Assembly: GCA_964598825.1 (NCBI GenBank)
Contig: CAZRDI010000001.1
Coordinates: 1-38,627 of the forward strand
Direction: 5' to 3'
DNA length: 38,627 nt
Source: an uncultured Dehalococcoidales bacterium
GTDB lineage: Bacteria; Chloroflexota; Dehalococcoidia; Dehalococcoidales; JAUXAP01
Shown: piece by piece, positions 35,257 through 38,627 of the stretch
Layout of the letters: each line of letters opens with the position of its first letter
Numbering within the stretch: the stretch's first letter is position 1
The notes under the pieces: model-generated
The model's database searches: none
What the model was told of the DNA's origin: nothing
Seen by the model: only the letters and a program-made list of their open reading frames with translations
Translations under genes and position numbers: made by a program

Positions 35257-36465
35257 ATGGCAAAAACGATTGAAGAAATAAACGAGAAGATAAAGCAGGG
35301 CAAAGCGGTAGTGGTTACCGCCGAAGAGGTCATTGGCCTGGCTAAAAAGCAGGGCGTAAAAAAGGCGGCGCAGGAGATAGACGTGGTAACCACCGGCACC
35401 TTTGCACCTATGTGCTCATCGGGTGCCTATTTCAACATCGGGCACTCTAAACCGAGAATAAAGCTGGGCGGTGGCAGGGTCTATCTTAACGATGTCCCGG
35501 CTTACGCCGCATTTGCCGTCGCGGATTTGTTCATAGGGGCTAACGCCCTTCCTGATGATGACCCCAGAAACAGAATCCACCCCGGCGAATTCAACTATGG
35601 CGGCGGGCATGTAATTGAGGAGCTTGTCGCCGGTAAGGATATCAGGTTGTCGGCAACCGCCTACGGTACCGATTGCTATCCAAGGAAGAAACTTGAGACA
35701 TGGATTAATATAAAAGACCTCAATGAGGCGGTGCTGTTCAATATCAGGAATGCTTACCAGAACTATAACGTGGCGGTTAATCTGTCCGATAAAACGATTT
35801 ATACCTATATGGGGGTATTAAAATCGGATTCAGGCAATGCCAACTACAGCAGTGCCGGGCAGCTATCGCCGTTGCTGAATGACCCCTACTACAAGACTAT
35901 CGGCATAGGCACCAGAATATTTCTGGGTGGCGGGACAGGTTTCGTTAGCTGGCAGGGCACCCAGCATAATCCTGATGTGCCCCGAACTGACAAAGGAGTA
36001 CCCACCAGAGGTGCCGGGGCACTGTCAGTGATAGGCGACTTGAAGCAGATGAGCCCGCGGTGGCTGGTAGGCATAAGCATGCTGGGCTATGGCTGCACTC
36101 TGGCGGTGGGTGTCGGCATTCCTATTCCCGTGCTCTCCGAAGAAATCCTGCAATATACCACCGTATCCGATGAAGATATTCTGGCTCCGGTTGTGGACTA
36201 TTCAAAGGCTTATCCACAATTGAAATCGGATATCCTGGGTGAAGTCAGCTATGCCCAATTGAAAAGCGGCAGTATAAAAGTTCGGGGTAAGGAGATAGCC
36301 ACGGCCTCCCTGTCAAGCTATCCACGTGCGGTAGAGATTGCCAGCACCCTGAAGGAATGGATACAGAGCGGGAAGTTCCTGCTCACCGAACCGGTGGCGC
36401 CTTTACCCGGAGTAGAATCCGGTATAACCTTAAAATCACTTAAGGAACGCCCGATAAAGGAGTAA
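35257..36465 (+). CDS. COG1900/DUF39-type protein (homocysteine biosynthesis, L-aspartate-semialdehyde sulfurtransferase family; no CBS domains)
   Basis: 402 aa. KTIEEINEKIKQGKAVVVTAEE, VDVVTTGTF.PMCSSGA.FN, GGGHVIE.L..GK and GTRIFLGGG.G.V.W.GTQH blocks match the MA1821/MJ0100 family as I recall it. Followed by the characteristic NIL-ferredoxin partner. Confidence 0.75.
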   Translation: MAKTIEEINEKIKQGKAVVVTAEEVIGLAKKQGVKKAAQEIDVVTTGTFAPMCSSGAYFNIGHSKPRIKLGGGRVYLNDVPAYAAFAVADLFIGANALPDDDPRNRIHPGEFNYGGGHVIEELVAGKDIRLSATAYGTDCYPRKKLETWINIKDLNEAVLFNIRNAYQNYNVAVNLSDKTIYTYMGVLKSDSGNANYSSAGQLSPLLNDPYYKTIGIGTRIFLGGGTGFVSWQGTQHNPDVPRTDKGVPTRGAGALSVIGDLKQMSPRWLVGISMLGYGCTLAVGVGIPIPVLSEEILQYTTVSDEDILAPVVDYSKAYPQLKSDILGEVSYAQLKSGSIKVRGKEIATASLSSYPRAVEIASTLKEWIQSGKFLLTEPVAPLPGVESGITLKSLKERPIKE

Positions 36466-36490
36466 AAACCCTGTTCTGGAGAAGAAGCAA

Positions 36491-36901
36491 ATGGCTGTTT
36501 TCAAGAGAATAGTGCTACGTTTCCCCAGGCGCATGGTAGACCGACCTATAGTGAGCCGGTTAGTCAGGGATTATAACCTTGACTTTAACATTCTAAAGGC
36601 TTCAGTCACCCCTGAGGAGGAGGGACTGCTGGTGGTGGAATTGAGCGGTGAACAGAGTGACTATGATAAGGGTATCAGGTACCTCGCCGAAACCGGGGTG
36701 AGAATTCAATCACTCAGCCAAGATGTCACCCGCAATGAAGAAAGGTGCACTCACTGCGGTGCCTGTGTAACTATTTGCCCCACGGGGGCTTTTGAGGTTG
36801 ACCCTATAACCAGGTTGGTAAACTTTTACGACGAAAAATGCCTGGCGTGTGAACTGTGCATCAAGGCTTGTCCTCCCAGGGCCATGGAGCTGCATTTTTA
36901 G
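36491..36901 (+). CDS. NIL-domain plus 2x[4Fe-4S] ferredoxin protein (partner of COG1900)
   Basis: 136 aa. N-terminal NIL-like beta-alpha-beta domain (RIVLRFP...PIVSRLVRDYNLDFNILKASV...G.LVVELSG). C-terminal CTHCGACVTICP and CLACELCIKACP. Confidence 0.75.
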   Translation: MAVFKRIVLRFPRRMVDRPIVSRLVRDYNLDFNILKASVTPEEEGLLVVELSGEQSDYDKGIRYLAETGVRIQSLSQDVTRNEERCTHCGACVTICPTGAFEVDPITRLVNFYDEKCLACELCIKACPPRAMELHF

Positions 36902-36904
36902 TCA

Positions 36905-37630
36905 ATGTATGAGCCGAAAACCTACCGTCACCGGGTTAGGGGCCAAGACTTAATCTCTTTTAACATAGCAGTAAAAGAAACGGACCTGTATATCCGTGCT
37001 TCAACTAACCTCAAAAGAAAAGCCCTTAAGCTGGTATTAAAGTACCGTAGTATACTGGAAAAGTACATTGAGCGGCACCCTGACTTCCTGACCTCCCTTG
37101 AGCCTTTCCCTGCTGGTAATGATGCCCCGCACATTGTAAAGGCAATGGCAGAATCGGCAGCAAGGGTTGGAATTGGCCCCATGGCTTCAGTGGCGGGAGC
37201 CATAGCCGAGTTTGTCGGCAACGAGCTACTAGATTTCTCACCGGAGGTAATAGTAGAAAACGGGGGTGATATCTACCTGAAAAGCTCAAAGGAAAGAGTG
37301 GTGGCAATTTACGCTGGCGAATCATCTCTGAGTGGCAAGATTGGTCTGGAAATCAGCGGAAAAGATACACCCCTGGGCATTTGCACCTCCTCAGGAACCG
37401 TGGGGCATTCCCTGAGCTATGGGAAGGCCGACGCCGTGGTGGTGCTTTCTAAATCAGCCGCGCTGGCTGATGCTGCCGCCACCGCTATAGGCAACCTGAT
37501 TACCCGGTCCGATGACATCCCGACCGGGATTGAGTTTGCACAGAGCATCAATGAACTGAAAGGTGGGATAATTATTAAGGGTGATAGTATGGGGCTCTGG
37601 GGTGAGGTAAAAATTTGCCAGATAAGCTAA
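36905..37630 (+). CDS. UPF0280/COG2122 ApbE-like protein
   Basis: 241 aa. YR......F.I.VKETDLYI, GIGPMASVAGAIAEFVG, VIVENGGDIYL, GICTSSGTVGHSLSYGKADAVVV and ALADAAATAIGN match the UPF0280 family pattern as I recall it. Confidence 0.65.
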   Translation: MYEPKTYRHRVRGQDLISFNIAVKETDLYIRASTNLKRKALKLVLKYRSILEKYIERHPDFLTSLEPFPAGNDAPHIVKAMAESAARVGIGPMASVAGAIAEFVGNELLDFSPEVIVENGGDIYLKSSKERVVAIYAGESSLSGKIGLEISGKDTPLGICTSSGTVGHSLSYGKADAVVVLSKSAALADAAATAIGNLITRSDDIPTGIEFAQSINELKGGIIIKGDSMGLWGEVKICQIS

Positions 37631-37670
37631 AAATCGCGTGAAGAAGGAGAGAAAGGGGGGACTGGAAAAC

Positions 37671-38426
37671 ATGCTTAGCCAGAACGAGCGGAAAAGGTAT
37701 GACAGGCAAATAATGATGAGGGGGTTTGGTGAGGATGGGCAGGAGAAGCTGAAGCAGGCAAAGGTCGTTATTGCCGGGAGCGGAGGGCTTGGCTCAGCGG
37801 CGTCTATATATCTGGCAGCGGCCGGAGTGGGAACGATACGAATAATTGACCACGATAAAGTAGAGCTCAGTAACCTGAACAGGCAGGTTTTGTACTGGGA
37901 TAATGATATAGGCAGTAATAAGGTTATTGCTGCTTCCGAGAAGCTCAGCAAGCTAAATCCGGAAGTGAAGATAGAGGCAATAAAGGAGAGAATAACCGAA
38001 ACCAATGTTTCTCAGCTTGTATCCGGCTTTGATCTGATAGTTGATGCCATGGATAATTTGCCAACGAGATTTTTGCTGAACAGAGTGGCTCTGGACAAAA
38101 ACATGCCCTTCTTTCATGGTGCGGTACAGGGATTTGAGGGAATGGTAACGACGATAATACCCGGCAAGACAGCTTGCCTGAGATGCGTATACCGGAGGAC
38201 TATTCCTCAGCAAGAAAACCCGGTTGTTGGAGTAACTCCGGCAGTCATCGCCTGTATCCAGGCAACCGAGGTAATCAAGTATATCGTCGGGGTTGGCAAG
38301 CTGCTGACCAACAGATTTTTGGTGTATAATGGACTGGACATGCAATTCACCGAGCTCAGGGTCAAAAAGGATCCCGCCTGTGAACATTGTGGCAATTCGG
38401 GAGGCAAGAAGACCAGTGAGCGTTAA
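37671..38426 (+). CDS. ThiF/MoeB/HesA-family E1-like adenylyltransferase
   Basis: RYDRQI, the VVIAGSGGLGSAASIYLAAAGVG nucleotide loop, D.D.V..SNLNRQ, and two Cys pairs (CLRC, CEHC). No rhodanese domain. The track start GTG 37638 adds 11 Lys/Glu-rich residues that overlap the purine-rich RBS, so ATG 37671 is preferred. Confidence 0.85.
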   Translation: MLSQNERKRYDRQIMMRGFGEDGQEKLKQAKVVIAGSGGLGSAASIYLAAAGVGTIRIIDHDKVELSNLNRQVLYWDNDIGSNKVIAASEKLSKLNPEVKIEAIKERITETNVSQLVSGFDLIVDAMDNLPTRFLLNRVALDKNMPFFHGAVQGFEGMVTTIIPGKTACLRCVYRRTIPQQENPVVGVTPAVIACIQATEVIKYIVGVGKLLTNRFLVYNGLDMQFTELRVKKDPACEHCGNSGGKKTSER

Positions 38427-38627
38427 GGTAAACATTCACCCCTTCTTTTATCATGCTACTGATAACCAGAGCGTGGTTGAGGTTGAGGGGGAAACCGTTG
38501 GCCAGTGCCTTGAGCAACTGGCTGTCCACTACCCGGAGCTCAAGAACTGGCTGTTTGAGAAAAATGGCAGATTGAACCGGCTGGTCGAAGTCTATGTTAA
38601 TGGACAGACCTCTTACCCGGAGGAGCT
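38416..38627 (+). CDS. MoaD/ThiS-family ubiquitin-like sulfur-carrier candidate; 5' part only, cut by the window edge
   Basis: Not in the track. A GTG at 38416 overlaps the E1 gene by 11 nt, with GGGAGG upstream. Hand translation gives VSVKVNIHPFFYHATDNQSVVEVEGETVGQCLEQLAVHYPELKNWLFEKNGRLNRLVEVYVNGQTSYPEEL. This is the typical MoaD/SAMP-like layout, open to the end of the window. The C-terminal GG cannot be seen. Confidence 0.6.
   Translation, partial: MSVKVNIHPFFYHATDNQSVVEVEGETVGQCLEQLAVHYPELKNWLFEKNGRLNRLVEVYVNGQTSYPEE

Noticed and set aside
37454-38005. 183-aa minus-strand ORF (and 37953..38435) across the COG2122/ThiF genes
   Set aside because: Antisense, Ser/Phe/Leu/Pro-rich. The + strand frames carry ApbE-like and ThiF motifs.

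Overview
Densely coded bacterial chromosome segment with 40 CDS and 3 tRNAs; I saw no rRNA, CRISPR array, transposase or integrase. The housekeeping genes are bacterial: dprA-topA-xerC-pepP-efp on the + strand, aspS-MBL-tig-clpP on the - strand, and a bacterial-size AspRS and EF-P. Several modules are of the type best known from anaerobic archaea. (1) A complete nine-gene A1Ao/V-type ATPase operon in archaeal order H-I-K-E-C-F-A-B-D, whose proteolipid carries the full Na+-binding residue set; a tenth gene of the archaeal DUF61/UPF0216 type is tightly coupled to it. (2) A porGDAB 2-oxoacid:ferredoxin oxidoreductase operon, translationally coupled to NuoE/NuoF-like NAD(H) modules. (3) A COG1900 / NIL-ferredoxin / COG2122 homocysteine-synthesis trio joined in one co-directional string to a ThiF-type E1 and a MoaD/ThiS-type carrier (cut by the right edge). 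I rank this third module as the best candidate for an undescribed system: a protein-thiocarboxylate-fed homocysteine pathway. Other notable items are listed here. A coupled three-gene cassette of unknown pathway (formyltransferase-fold / atypical HAD / PfkB kinase). An MthK-like RCK channel with a non-K+ filter (TFLGELG), divergent from a CaCA exchanger. Two tandem ArsB/NhaD permease paralogues. A low-GC aminoglycoside-nucleotidyltransferase-like gene next to tandem tRNA-Ser genes, with an anti-SD leader hairpin. An EF-P with an atypical modification loop. All family assignments come from motif recognition by eye on the translated ORFs; no database search was run. Promoter calls are sigma70-like hexamer matches only.
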